NCBI GenBank assembly: GCA_964036045.1
Contig: OZ038378.1
Span: 108,686,001-108,750,000, forward strand
Length of the DNA: 64,000 bases
DNA from: Eutreptiella sp. 'Long Island Sound 2002'
Lineage: Eukaryota > Protista > Euglenida
Reading direction: 5' to 3'
Below, piece by piece: positions 49,915-62,638 of this stretch; position 1 is the stretch's first letter; every line of letters starts with the position of its first letter. The notes under the pieces are model-generated. The model was not told the origin of the DNA, did no database searches, and saw only the letters and a program-made list of their open reading frames with translations. The position numbers were made by a program, and so were the translations under genes.

Positions 49915-51270
49915 GCACAGGCACAAATTGTTCATTGTCTAGCCTCACCTACCACTAGTGACCAACTTGAACAACTTGAAATCACACACATGGGCAGCGA
50001 TAGCACTTTAATCAACATTTATGTGTTCAAAAGTGCAAACGTAGCTGTTTCGGGCCTTTTTTGGCACCCTCCGGGCCCTAACCCTGAGTAAAGAGCATGC
50101 AGGGTCACAACCTGTTGTTTGCCAAGCCTCACCTAGCACTTGGGACACATTTCATCAACTTGAAATCACACGCAAGGGCGACCATATCACTTTAATCAAC
50201 ATTTGTGTGTTCAAAAGTGCAAATATAGCTGTTTTGGGCCTTCTTTTGCACCATCCGGACCGCAACTTTGAGTAAAGGGCATGCACGGGCACAAATCATT
50301 GCTTGCCAAGCCTCACCTAGCACTAGGGACACATTTCATCAATTTGAAATCACACGAAAGCGCGACCGTATCACTTTAATCAACATTATTGTGTTCAAAA
50401 GTGCAAATATAGCTGTTTGGGGCCTTTTTTGGCACCCTCCAGGCCATAACCTTGAGTAAAGGGCATGCACGGTCACAAATTGTTGCTTGCCAAGCCTCAC
50501 GTAGCACAGAGGACAAACGTGATCAATTTGAAATCACACAAAAGCACAACCGTATCACTTTAATCAACATTTATGTGTTCAAAAGTGCAAAAATAGCTGT
50601 TTTGGGCTTTTCTTGGCGCCCTACGGATTATTATCTTGGGTAAAGGGCATGCATGGGCACAAATCATTGCTTGCCAAGCCTCACCTAGCACTAGGGACAC
50701 ATTTCATCAATTTGAAATCACACGAAAGCGCGACCGTATCACTTCAATCAACATTATTGTGTTCAAAAGTGCAAATATAGCTGTTTTGGGCGTTTTTTGG
50801 CACCCTCCGGGCCATAACCTTGAGTAAAGGGCATGCACGGTCACAAATTGTTGCTTGCCAAGCCTCACGTAATATAGCCGACAAACGTGATCAATTTAAA
50901 ATCACACGAAAGCACGGCCGTATCACTTTAATAAACATTTATGTGTTCAAAAGTGCAACCATAGCTGTTTTGGGCGTTTTTTGGCCCCCTCCGGATTCTT
51001 ATCTTGGGTAAAGGGCATGCATGGGCACAAATCATTACTTGCCAAGCCTCACGTAGCGCAGCTGACAAACGTGATCAATTTGAAATCACATGAAAGCACG
51101 GCCGTATCACTTTAATCTACATTTATGTGTTCAAAAGTGCAAATATAGCTGTTTTGGGCGTTTTTTTTGCACCCTCCGGATTATTATCTTCGGTGAAGGG
51201 CAGGCACGGGACCAAATCATTGCTTGCCTAGCCTCACAGGTCACTAGGGACAAACTTGATCCATTTGAAA
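49915..51270. repeat. Satellite 2: 184-bp monomers (about 7.5 copies), partly dimeric
   Basis: gcctcac...tgaaatcac...gtgttcaaaagtgcaa recurs every 184 bp; repeat-derived ORFs start at 50268, 50452, 50636 and 50820. Confidence 0.9.
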
Positions 51271-54200
51271 TCTCGTGACACCACAAAGGACATCATCGAA
51301 ATGACCGTTTAGGGCTCGAAAGTGGCAAACATGGCCAAAAAAGGTCGTATTTAGGGTTTATCTGGACATCCGGGAATGCAATTGACGTGATTTCAATACA
51401 GCAACTAGATAACGTCGTATTTTACCCATTGCGCTATCTAAATCGGGGACGATGTGCACAGATTTGGCACAAATCACCAAAACCTCGGCAAAATTGGGTT
51501 GCGGCGGGCCGTAAATCGCGATCGCGGCAGTTTTTGGACGGTTCAGTTACGGGATTCCGGTACCTCATAAAATCCTACGTGTTAGCCTGTGACTTGGCTA
51601 ATGAATTCCGCGATGTGTTAGTGAAGAGCCCTACGCCAGTAGTCACCGAGACCGGCGGTGCACTACGGTAGACTCATCGAAAAGGATTATCGAAAGGTAT
51701 CGAAAGCCTAGAGTAATGGGCTTCTACCCTCGCGCGGGTAGATAAGTACTTTCCCTGCAGTCGGATAGACCCCTTCTCTTGCGGTAGAGATAGATGACGG
51801 AGTTAAGCTCCAGGAGGATAGCCTGAATCCTGCAATTCAGTTGAGCGAAATTCTCTCTTCATGTAGGACGACAGGCCCCCGCACGGATGGCTTTGTACAA
51901 CCATCTGCTGGGCAAGGGGCTCGCCGTAACTGGTCTTCCGGTAAAGTACAGAACACACTTTAACTACGATAGCACTTTTCGGAGATTTGCTACTTCTACT
52001 TGTCTGAGACAACTTGACAATGATACATTTCGCGTAGGAGGCAGTGGGGACCCTCTAGTCGTGTAGGATATCCGTTGACCCGCACTAGAGCTGAACGGCG
52101 TTCCATGAAAGATCCGACCTTTCCACTTTTTTCACTTATCACTTACCTACTTCGTTTCCAACCAACCCCAGGGGACCAACCAACCCCTACCCTTGAACCC
52201 AACCCCAACATGCACACATACAATTCATTGGTTTTGTCATCTTTAGCACCTTCTCGCAACTCATACATCTTCTTTCTCTGAATTTACATGATGAACACAC
52301 TTCTACATTTTCACTTCTTCGTGCAAATTATTTGCTTTGGTGATTTGAGTCATTTAGGACATTTCTACAAAAATCAGAATTTCCGCTAGCTTCATATCTC
52401 ATTGGAATCCTGTGGGCTATGTCCTATTGAGGAACATGGTTCATATGCTCTGCATCTGTGGCCCAGAGCACTTTCCCGTGAACGAATATTGATTCTTTTG
52501 TATATGATTTCTAGGCATGTTAGGTAACTGACGTTTCAGCTTGGTTTTTAGAGATAGCCAGAAGGTTTGAGTAAAAGGTTGGTAATGACGGACTATATCT
52601 TTCAATGTTTTTTTTGGTTGACGTATTAGTATAAATCCCCATACCCCAAGACGGATCAATCCCCATGGCCGGGATAAGAAAGAGCAGATCCGGGTCAGAT
52701 GATGTCTACTCATCGTAACTGCCACCCCCTCCACACACTATGAGTCTATACCTACCCGCTAAACTAATCAACAGTTCGTCATTACTGATGCTGCCTCGCT
52801 TTCTCTGTCCATGTAATGCAGGCCGAGAAACCTATTGCATCAAATAGGTACCACTGCAACCATTGCATTAGGTAGCCACGGGTAACGCGTCCGTTGAGTA
52901 AGGTGGTATATCCTCTCTTTGGATGACGAAGACAAGCCTGTCAATAGACAGCTTGGGCAGAGCTTGAATTGAAGCGGTACCCAGAACCTATGGCCCATGG
53001 CCCAGAGGCCTGTGAGCCGTCACACCCGTTGCGGAAGCCGTTGACACCGGCTGTCAGCGGGATATCCCTGTTCTCTAATCCGCGACATCTGGAACCTGAT
53101 CCCTAACAATTAAATCGATGTAGAAATGCCATAATATTACTGTCTTGGTCGTTTTTCGTTTAGAAATCGGTGAAATACCCGATTTCTACCGCGATTTCTA
53201 ATTGCCGTGAAATCGCCGCCTTTTGTCGCCTGTTCGCGTGCTTGCGTCGCTTCTCCGTGGCGAGTTTTGTGATGGATTTTTCTCGCGTACCTTTGAGGTT
53301 CTGAAGGAACTTAGGGGCTGGATCTAGAGGGTTTTTCTTGTACTTTGAACTGGTGTGTTCACCAGAATTTTTCGCCGTTGCGTCTGAGAGAAAATCAGCG
53401 CGCAAGCTTTTCCGTCGATCGCTCGAACTCATGGTTCTCAAGGACCATGAGTTTGGACGGAACCCTACATTCCCCCCCTATGCCTTTCATCCATGCCCCT
53501 TTCACGTGGGCATATCACGTTCTATAGAGAAGCGAGCAATAGGGTTGTTTTAGGCAGCGTATGGGTCTTGTAAGCCCAAGTTCTTTGCGTGCGCAAACAC
53601 TAACTTTGTGGCCTTGTGAGCATGCACGTTAATAACTGCAAACAATGCTCATCAGACCAAGAGCCCTAGGTCATTTTCGTTTTTCGAGCCGACTCAACGA
53701 TTTCTCCACGCAATTTAATGCGTACCAAAACTCATTTTTTCAAAAAGGGCACATTTTGGTCGAAAATTAGGCCAAAATGGCCAATCTCCGGAGGCTGGTA
53801 CTCGAAGCCTATGGAGAGTTGAGCTTTGAACCAAGGCAATATGTAGTGTAGAGACCACAAGGGACATGGTGGATGGCTTCGTTGATTTTTGCAACCTTGT
53901 CTTCTATTTTATATAACGTTGCCTTGTGAGTACGCGTCCCATGCTGCCTCTTTGCACACGCGCTCATATGAAAACACTAATGACACGAGTGCGCGGAGAC
54001 AATCTAACCATGGTGTGCATATTTGAAGGCACCTACTATGGGCCTACTCCAAAGGTGTTTACTCATATTTTTGTTCCTCAATGACCCAAAGATATGTACA
54101 TGCCAATATCGCCGATTTATGCACTTTTTCCCATAAATAGTGTGCTTCAAGGATTGAGGTATCAAAAATGTTTCTCTTATGCTTTGAACCTCAACCCTTG

Positions 54201-54952
54201 TTGCAAATAGGAAGCAAAGCTTTGGTTTGCATCCATGCAAAAGCCCGAGGCTCACTTGGTTTGGTTTGGTTTGGTATGCCCGGGCGTGGGGGCGGCCGAT
54301 CGGGGGCGTTGTGCACTCTCACCCTTCTACGTGTTGCTCCCTGCCCCTACCCTGCACAAGACACGAGCAGCGGAACCAGTCAATAACCCGCTAACGGCGC
54401 CGTGGAATATCTCGAGTCAGCGAACACTGTCCATCTGACCCCCGCCTGCACCACGTTCCATTGTTCTGGAGCCTGACCAAGGCAGGTGCAGACTACCAGT
54501 AGGCGCTGTAATTGTGGTCTCTCTTGACGATGACAGCAAAAGGGAGTACAAGCTAAAACATGGTACATTAGAGGTCCGTGACTCCTGTTGTGAATGGGAA
54601 GAAACACGTGCATAGGCCGTGTGTGTGTGTAGCGCAGACGTGGATCCCATCGAAGCAGCCAAGCTAATACTTGCTGTGCAAGCAAGGGAACCTCTGCTGG
54701 TGCGACAGACAGCGGAATATAAGGACTGTGCTGCCCGTCAGGCACCTTCAAGGGCCAGCGTACCCCGGGCACATTGTCTTGACCGCGTTCCATACCTGAC
54801 AGCACCCGGCACATAAGGCTTCGCACTACCGCTGCAGAAATGTATCTGTGGTCGGTTCTGTGCCTGTACTTCACCCACGACAGGCCAGACCAGGTCAGAA
54901 TCAGGACCTGTGCCTCGCTGTGGCGTGACGCGATGTGCTGGAAAAAATGCAC

Positions 54953-57900
54953 TCACAAGTCGGGCACCAGCATGCACCAGTACTCGCTGTGGCTCACCAT
55001 GACTCTGATGTGCAGATCCCACTGGGCCTGCTGATTACCCCGAACACCCGCGGTGAATGTCTCAGCCACCTGTGCAAAGGTGGCACATGCACACACGTAC
55101 AACTGCAAGCAGTCATCCACGTGCGACCCCTCATTACCGGACTCCAGGTGACAGAACCGGCATGGTGGTGTGTCGAAGTACATGCCCGGCAGATACGCGA
55201 TGCTGCGCAAATACGCTGCCTGTCTGTGCTGCTGCAGCGTAATCTGATGAGACTCACATACAGCTACCCAGTGGTCAGTGTTTATGTCCAGACGCCGGAC
55301 CATGTCTGCCATGGGAGATGCGCGTGCTACAGCTACTGAGTAGAGCGCTGACAGGAACTGTGCTCGATGAAACACGCACGGATCGTGAAAAAAAGGAATC
55401 AACACGTCCGCTTCGCAGGACAGCAGTAATGACCAGGGCAAAGGCACGGCTGATGGGTGGGAATTGCCAAATGTGGCCAGTGCGTCCGACTGCGCCTGCC
55501 ACCTTGCCGCCTGACCCTGATCATGTGTGTCATGCTGCGCTGGCAACCAACACTCGCGGACGTTGCTGAACACAGGGAGCTGCAGCACCCTCCTGGCCAG
55601 TCGATCTACCCAACTTTGCGTGGTAACTATGGTACTATGTGTGGACACCTGCACTGACGCATTATCACAGAACATGTACAGCTCAGCTCTGCAGTGTTGC
55701 AGCAGCAACATGGCAAGAAGTTTCGCCAGCCACTCAAGTGCAGACGATGACACAGCAGCGGCCAGCACACTGAAACTGAATTCCTGGCACTCTATTCCGT
55801 CTGTGACTACTATGCCGACGCCTGCGAATTCTGGCTGTAACAGACCGTCAGGGACGTCTCGAGCCGCGTCTGTCGTAACATACAGCGCCTCTGCCTGTAG
55901 AAGTGTTGCCCGCAGGACTGGGGGAGTGAAGCCCTGCGCAAGCTCCGACACCGTCCGTATGACGACGCCGTGCTCAGTGCAGCAAGTCTCGAACTGCTCA
56001 TAATCTCCCTGGCGCAAAGGCATCAGACATGTGGCCTGTTCCAGCAGCGCTGTCTGAGCCAGCGAGCTGCGACTATCGATGGCGGACAGATACCCCTGCA
56101 CGAAATTCAAGGCCGCATGCGTGGCGATCTGCAGACAACCCCATCCCCCATACACCACCGGAGTGTGCAAGATCACCAGGGGCGTGTCGGCTGGCATGGC
56201 CAGGATGCGCCAATACAAATGGTTCACCTGCACCTGTGAGTCATGCAGCACCTGTGCTGGCAGCCAGGACCCTTTAGCCACGTAATCAACACGCGACACC
56301 AGATACGCTATGATCGAGCGCACAGCCAGTAAAAGATTCGGCTGGTACTTGGTGATGAAGTACTGCAGACGGCGTGCACTCTTGACCACGTGGCTCAGCA
56401 ACTGTGGCGGTGCTGTGTGGGGCTCCAGTGTTAGGCCTATAACCTCGGGAACACTCTGTGCTGACTCCACAGGCATGCCGTAAGCTTATATGACATGGCG
56501 CGTCCGCTGTATAATACCTGATGGCGCCAGCTGCAGACGGGTGTACTGCTATTTCGCTTTGTTGCTTGGGGCGCACGCGTCTTGCGACAGCACATGGGCC
56601 GCTGTGGCCAAACGCGTGACTTCCTCTGCTGTTCTGCCGAACCACCTTCTATCGTCACTAAACACCACCTCACTCAGACTGACTCCCCGCACCCACCAGC
56701 AATCACCCAGGTACTGCAAACCCCTGGTCCTGTAATTACCATACTCCAGGTACGCTGTGGCTGCCACCTTGCATCCTTGTGAGAAACCTAACTGTGGCAC
56801 GACCGGCGGTGCCAACCCCTGCACTGTCCATAACCGGACCTTCTGCCGGCCGTAAAAATCCGCTGCCCACTCCCCGTAGGCACACTGTGTGGCCCAGTGG
56901 GCACCACATGTGGCAACATCCTCCCTGATCGGCATGTCAAAAGCACCTGGGTCGTCACCCTGGACTATGTGCACATCCCCCCCTTCGGACAGGGCGACAC
57001 AAACTCTTGCTCTCGCTGCAAGTGCCAGATATTTAGGGCTCAGCCCTTTGCAATATGAGAACGTGTTCCCCGTCCATGATCCGTCCGCCTCCGCCCAAAA
57101 ATTCACTTCGTGTTGTACTATACCCGCCTGCATGGAATTCGCTGCGGACCCCAATTTGATTGGACGGTACGACTGAAAAAGGTGCGGGAGGCCTGATTTA
57201 TATATACCAAGCTGCAGAATCTGGTCAGAAATGGTGTCTGGATACTGGCACAGCCGCTGTGTATATGTATACAGGGCCTTGTCACCCGTGTGCGGCATGG
57301 CTGCCAGTAAGCTCACCGGTACTTTGTCTTGTGACGTGCCGTCTGACCCCCCCCTGTCTAGTGCCCCTCTCAGAGTATACACATTGATTTGTGGGGCCCG
57401 CGGCAGGACCGCCAGCTGTGACTGTGCGTCAGCGGGATTGGTGGGGAAATTCAACGCGCGCAGGCGCAAGATGGTGTCAAAATGTGGTTCGTCCCACGCG
57501 GCTAACTGCTTCCCCGGCTGAGCCGCAAGCACCAAAACAGACACGATGACTGACTGCCCGCGTGTTATATGATAAAACTCCAACTGACTTGCTGCAGTGC
57601 GCAGCGCTTCCTGCACCTCCTGTCGCTGATCTGCGCAGGACTTGAGTTGTGGGTAAGGACGTGGCGCTTTGGTTGTGGGCTGTATGGCCCGCGTGGTGTG
57701 TGACGTGATACTGACCGTACTCAGCACCTGATCGTTCATACGCACCCCACGCACATACAGGTGCTGTTGCACTTCCTCGTGCCATGCACACAGCTCCTGC
57801 TGTGTAACCCCCTTGTTTACTAAACCCTTCTTCCTGTCCAGAATTGCCTGGACACTGACTCCATGCGAGCTCGGGGGCAGTATACCATCAGCCATGCTCC

Positions 57901-58636
57901 AGTAACATGCCACCCAAGCGTCAGGATGTGCCCCTGTGCCTGCCAACCACCACCAGTACAAGGCCAGCAGCCGCGCTGCCCGCTGCTTTTGGTCTTCTGT
58001 TGTTACTCGGTGTTTGTAGCGCTTCTGCACTGTCACCGGCTGACAACCAATACCCGTGAGGGTACAAACGAGGGCCATGTGCGTCAGAACTCCTGGGTAC
58101 ACTCCCTTCTATGCCACTCCTATGTGCTTGGAGACCAGGATATAATCTATGTCTGTGGCCACTGTTGCGTGTCCTGAAGACGTATTTTTGGTCTTCTCCC
58201 CTCTGTCGTACGGTATATGCAGTTTACTCAGTGCGTGCCCCTTGCTCACCACTCTCTCTACCAAACGTTTGCTGTTCCTGGGGACATTGAAGTCGCCCGA
58301 TACCACTGCCTCGTGCAGGCGCACCCTGTCAATCATGGCATTCACCTCACTCAGTATCTCCTCCTTCGCTGTGCTATTGATCTCTGGATCCATATGTACA
58401 TCCACAAGCAGAGTCACGACATTGGTGTCACGGTGTAGCAACACCGCTAGCCACGACCGTTCATCAATGAACACATCACAACTCTGCTGCATTTCTGGCG
58501 TCCAAAGCCGGCGATGCACCAACACGCACATGCCATTACCAGGTCCTTGAACTGCACTCATACACACTACATACATCTGTAACGCAAACTGGCTCTCTAT
58601 GTCTGCGTCCCAACATTCTTGTAAAGACCCACCCAC
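54953..58636 (-). pseudogene. LINE-C ORF2, split into three ORFs
   Basis: EN: LQECW, GNGMCVLV, VSGDFNV, TDIDYILVS. RT: YRPIKL, DDPGAFD, GFSQGCK, VVFSDD. Then GGWG; RNase H YVTTDAA, SALEWLA, MFCDNASV, WLPAQ..QSDALA; CRFCH..H..DC. Confidence 0.82.
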
Positions 58637-58797
58637 CTAACTTCAGGACTGGGCGCGTCTGGACATTCCCTCCTACAGTCATAGTGCGTCACTAAGTACA
58701 GAGGTACCACAGCGCCGACATATGAATCATGCACACACACACTACTCGCCGCTGCCAGCGACTTTTGCATGTACGATACACCCGTGACACGGCAGAG

Positions 58798-59406
58798 TCA
58801 CACTGCTCGTGGCGTGCTTGAACACACGTGACCCACTACACGCACGTCGCACCATCGAACCCTGGAGCAAGTAGGACACCGCTGTGTTCCCACGAGAAAT
58901 TGATACGCTGTGACTTTGGGGCTCCCTGGCTTCACAGCTTTGCAACCCTCTGAGTAAGCGCCCACCGGAGGCTCTGTGTGCAGCCTTAACAGGGCATCAG
59001 CATGCCAAACTGGCGGGGACACCCTTGCCCTGCCATCCTGCACTGAGCGCAAGCTGCGCCGCTGAAGCAAACGCGCCCACCTGGACAGGCTGTGCAGCAC
59101 AAACACAAACACTGGACTGGGAAACTTCTCTAACACTGACATCACGTGTGACGGCAAGAAACTTAGGTCAGAATGGACCGGCAGTAGTGACACACCGTCC
59201 ACCTCAAACCATGCATGCAGGCCACACTCTGGACATTCTGCAGGCCCCCTGGCCTGCCATAGGGTACCGCATTGCCAGCAGATGCGTGCCTCCTTCTTAC
59301 CGAAGACTTGTGGCAACAGGCTGGACTCTGGAAACACGGATAGCGACCAGGACTGCAAAAAACTCTTTATATGCTTGCGTGACACAGTGCACGCACACTG
59401 ATACAC
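58798..59406 (-). pseudogene. Possible LINE-C ORF1 remnant with CxxC...CxxC motif
   Basis: CWQCGTLWQARGPAECPECG, directly upstream of the EN domain. Confidence 0.35.
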
Positions 59407-60040
59407 AACCCAGTGCGTGATGGGGTCAACTGAGTAACTGTGCGGCAGATACGGCAGTCAGTACCAAGACTGCCAGCGCGTGCCCCCCCATGGCGCTTGA
59501 TACGACATGTACTCTGGCGTCGCGCTTTGACCTGTTGAAATGGGATACGCCTGTTTGTTCCCTGTATCCGCCGGGTAATCGTACTGGTCTGAGAAAGGTT
59601 TATAGTGTTTTCAGCACTGTGTTTTTGCTTCTCCTGCTGCTTGCTGTTGCTGTAGGGTGTCCTGCTGCTTGTTTTGGGAGATGAAAAGCTTTTGTTTATT
59701 GAAATACAGTAAGTCCAAGTCAATCCAGGATAGCCCAAGCCAGAAGTGTGCAAGGAGAAGGTAATTCAGGATCAAAGCATGAAGGGCTGCAGTGTAAACA
59801 GTGAAAGGTGATTGGATATTCACAGAAACTGCAACTCGGGTCACATATGAATGCATATTCACAAAGATAGCTGAAATGCTTTTGGAAAAGAGTTAGAAAA
59901 CTGCCTCATGGTCACTCTCTCTCCATAGTGCCATTACAGGAGATGTGCACTCTTTGTTTTGGGTCCCATATGTGCTGAGGTGGCATGGTATGTGGCGATG
60001 AGGTCACCGCAATGTCACATGGGATCTTTCTACTTAGCTA

Positions 60041-60114
60041 GGCTGACCAGGAATTGAACCCAGGACCTCTCAAAAAGAGGTGCCTAGCCCCCTAGGGTGT
60101 ATACCACTAGGGCA
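60041..60114 (-). pseudogene. tRNA-like remnant / candidate tRNA-derived SINE head
   Basis: Minus strand shows A-box-like CCTAGTGGTATA and B-box GGTTCAATTCC; no pairing acceptor stem. Confidence 0.4.
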
Positions 60115-60221
60115 GATAAGTATTCATGGAAAAACATAGATAAATTCATAGGCTCTACCTTAGGTATGTCAGAGCTCAGTCAACTCAGGAAATGATGAAT
60201 AGCTTCACATTGAAAGGGGAT

Positions 60222-60388
60222 TAAGGGGTCCACTCCATATCCTGATTGGGTGTTTGGTTCCATAGGTCAAAATGTGTTATCACCACTTTTGGTGGGACCA
60301 ATACTAAGATAAAAATGCATGGATGCTCAGTGCATCTCTAATACAACTAGAGTATGTCCCAAAGCATTGGAAAAGCACTTTTTCTTAC
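60222..60388. repeat. Diverged third copy of a ~170-bp segment found at 8722-8888 and ~13104-13270
   Basis: Shared aggggtccac, taggtcaaaatg, ccaatactaagataaaaatg, cactttttcttac. Confidence 0.7.
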
Positions 60389-61720
60389 TCCCCCCTTGTG
60401 CTGTGGTGGCCACCACTGTCGCACTTTAGGAAAAAGGGAATTTTTCTTGGCCTTTCCTTGGTTTCCACATCTACTTTAAAATACCTACAGTTTCCCTCAC
60501 ACTGAAAAATGAGCGCTCACCATGGCTGGCGCTCTTTTGCTGCTCTGTACGTAACATGTCCTACAGAAGACTCAGCGCTCATGGCGCTGCCGGGGCTCCT
60601 GTGGCTTGGTTGGGTTAGTATGGGAGCATGCCAAAACATGTGCATATGCATCCCTCCCTCCAAGACGCAGCGTGGACACAACCCAAACGCAAGACACAAT
60701 ATACACACTCGCATGGGTTCTTGTAAACCTGCTGGCGACCTGTGACCTGTCTTAGGGCGAAGGGAGTCTCAAAAAAATTAAATTGCCCCTTGGTGGGGTC
60801 TTGGGTTCTGCTCAGTCTCTCCAGGCTGCTGCGTTTCGGCCCGAACACGGCCTACTCAGCGAAGCTGCGCGTGGGTATCTGCAGAGGCAGGAATGGGTGA
60901 ATTATGGACGTATCCACGCAAAAACAAAGCGACGACACCAAAATCCGTCAAATGACGGCGTAGAATTTTTCTGAAACGACACACCTGAGCAGATTCCAAT
61001 TGTGCATCAGAAGCACACTTTTATAGAAATTATAGTCATCTCTGGATTTTTTAAATCCAGAAATTCATACGCATAAAATGGCGGCGCGCAGGAGCGGCTC
61101 CTAGCGAAGCGCCGGAAAATGGAGAAATAATGGAATTATAAACGTATGTCTCACGTAGTCTTGAAAATGACGAGACACACATTAATAAATAAACATACAG
61201 ATTCCACCCACACTAATAGAAGCTTCAAAAATTCAAGAATTCGAAAATGAACGAAAAGACTTCAATGAATCAGGTATAAACTACAGGTATGCTCGTCTCG
61301 TATGCAGCATACACATTGCTCGTCTCGTGTCTCCGTGAACGAGCCTTGTAGCAGCGCTAACAAAGATAGAACGCGATAGAGGGATTGATTAGAAAGATTG
61401 CAGATGATTAGCGGTCAGATCAGGGTGATTAGACATACACACAAGTGCATAGCAACGTTCTTCGCGTGCGCCCCTCACTTGCTCTCTCTCCCAGCGGTAG
61501 GTAAGGTGAGTAAGCCCAGGCGGGGCCACCCCCTGGTGGAGTTCAGATTGTGGCTGAGATGGGCAGGTTTGCCCACGGTGATCGTGCATACTCGCGCATG
61601 CACACACGCATTAAAGGGTAGGCCACGCGAAGTGCGCACGGTAAACCTTGTTTAGGCTACCCTGGGGCTCCTCGGTACACTCTTTAAGAGAACCTGAGGA
61701 GTCCCTTAAGCTTGCTTGCC

Positions 61721-62257
61721 TGACAAGGGTAGCTGGTCCTCCAGCGTGTTTGCGGACAGTGTATTATAGGTCACACTGAGAAGGGTATAATACCTGGAGT
61801 GTGGCTCGGTTCCTCCGCCGCAAACGCCCTTTCATTTGCCTTTGTTTTACAGGTGGGCAGGTAGGGTGATTGGTGCAGCAGCCTTTTTTTATGCCCTGCT
61901 AAAGAAGGGCGCAGGTCGCACAAACAAGTAACTCCGCTGCGCCTGTGGCAGAGCAGGGAGTCCGACTTCATCGACATCTGCGCCTTGCACGCGAGAGCAC
62001 TCCTTCCCTCCAAACCCTAGCAGGGGACACCCGTTGTGGCGTCCCCTGTTGGGCCACAGTTGCTTAGCAGCGCTGTGTTCTCTTGTCATTTCACAGGAGG
62101 GTCGCTAGGACCCACGACCCCTTTGACTTCGCAACGCCCAGTAGAGTGTGCGTGTAGGAGTGGTAGTCCTGAGTGGGGGCTTGAGCCAGTTGCCCCAGTG
62201 CTCGCCCACCAGGATGGTGCCAATGTAGGGTGTGTAGGACCTGTAGTGCGTGTGTCA
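61721..62257 (-). repeat. Candidate 3' LTR (537 bp, TGACA...TGTCA)
   Basis: 5-bp terminal inverted repeats, adjacent purine tract, position downstream of pol. The 5' LTR is not in the window, so this is unconfirmed. Confidence 0.55.
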
Positions 62258-62275
62258 CTGTCCCTCCCGTTTCCT
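62258..62275 (-). other. Candidate polypurine tract AGGAAACGGGAGGGACAG
   Basis: Immediately upstream of the LTR's TG. Confidence 0.5.
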
Positions 62276-62638
62276 GCAATTTGAGCAGGGGTGGTGGGCT
62301 GTGGCAGTGGTTAAGTCAGTGTTTTGGCCACATAGCAAAACGGCGTTTTCATGCCTTCATAGCTTTTGGCCACCCCTCTTTGTAGTAGACAGATAGATAG
62401 GGAAATCAATACCTGGATAAGTACGCTGGGTATTCCCCAAAGGTTTTGCGCGAGCACAGAAATTGGGCGCTTAGGGGAGGGGAGACCCGGGGCGTACCCC
62501 GTGGCATCAATAAGCCAACCCTCCACGTTTAGCAAGGGCGCAGACTTGGGTATAATTAGGACACCACTTCTGCGGCTTGCTCTCAGGACCTTAGGACTAG
62601 CACACTCACACATACGCTTTGGCAGGTAAGGGTAAGGT

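Larger units (their letters stand above)
54400..59800 (-). mobile_element. LINE-C: divergent non-LTR retrotransposon (Cys-rich ORF1-like region, APE-RT-RNase H-Zn ORF2)
   Basis: Domain order on the minus strand; outer limits approximate; no tail or TSD recognised. Confidence 0.75.

Noticed and set aside
50268-51278. Tandem 63-aa ORFs as a peptide gene array
   Set aside because: They follow from the 184-bp satellite period and start at non-ATG codons. The 184-bp period is not a multiple of 3, and there is no coding signature.
51723-51742. Hairpin TCTACCC-TCGCGC-GGGTAGA containing a half-site of the element palindrome
   Set aside because: Only a 7-bp stem and a single half-site, outside the element; compatible with chance.
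60041-60114. Functional tRNA gene
   Set aside because: The acceptor stem cannot form and the anticodon arm is not recognisable; kept only as a tRNA-like remnant.
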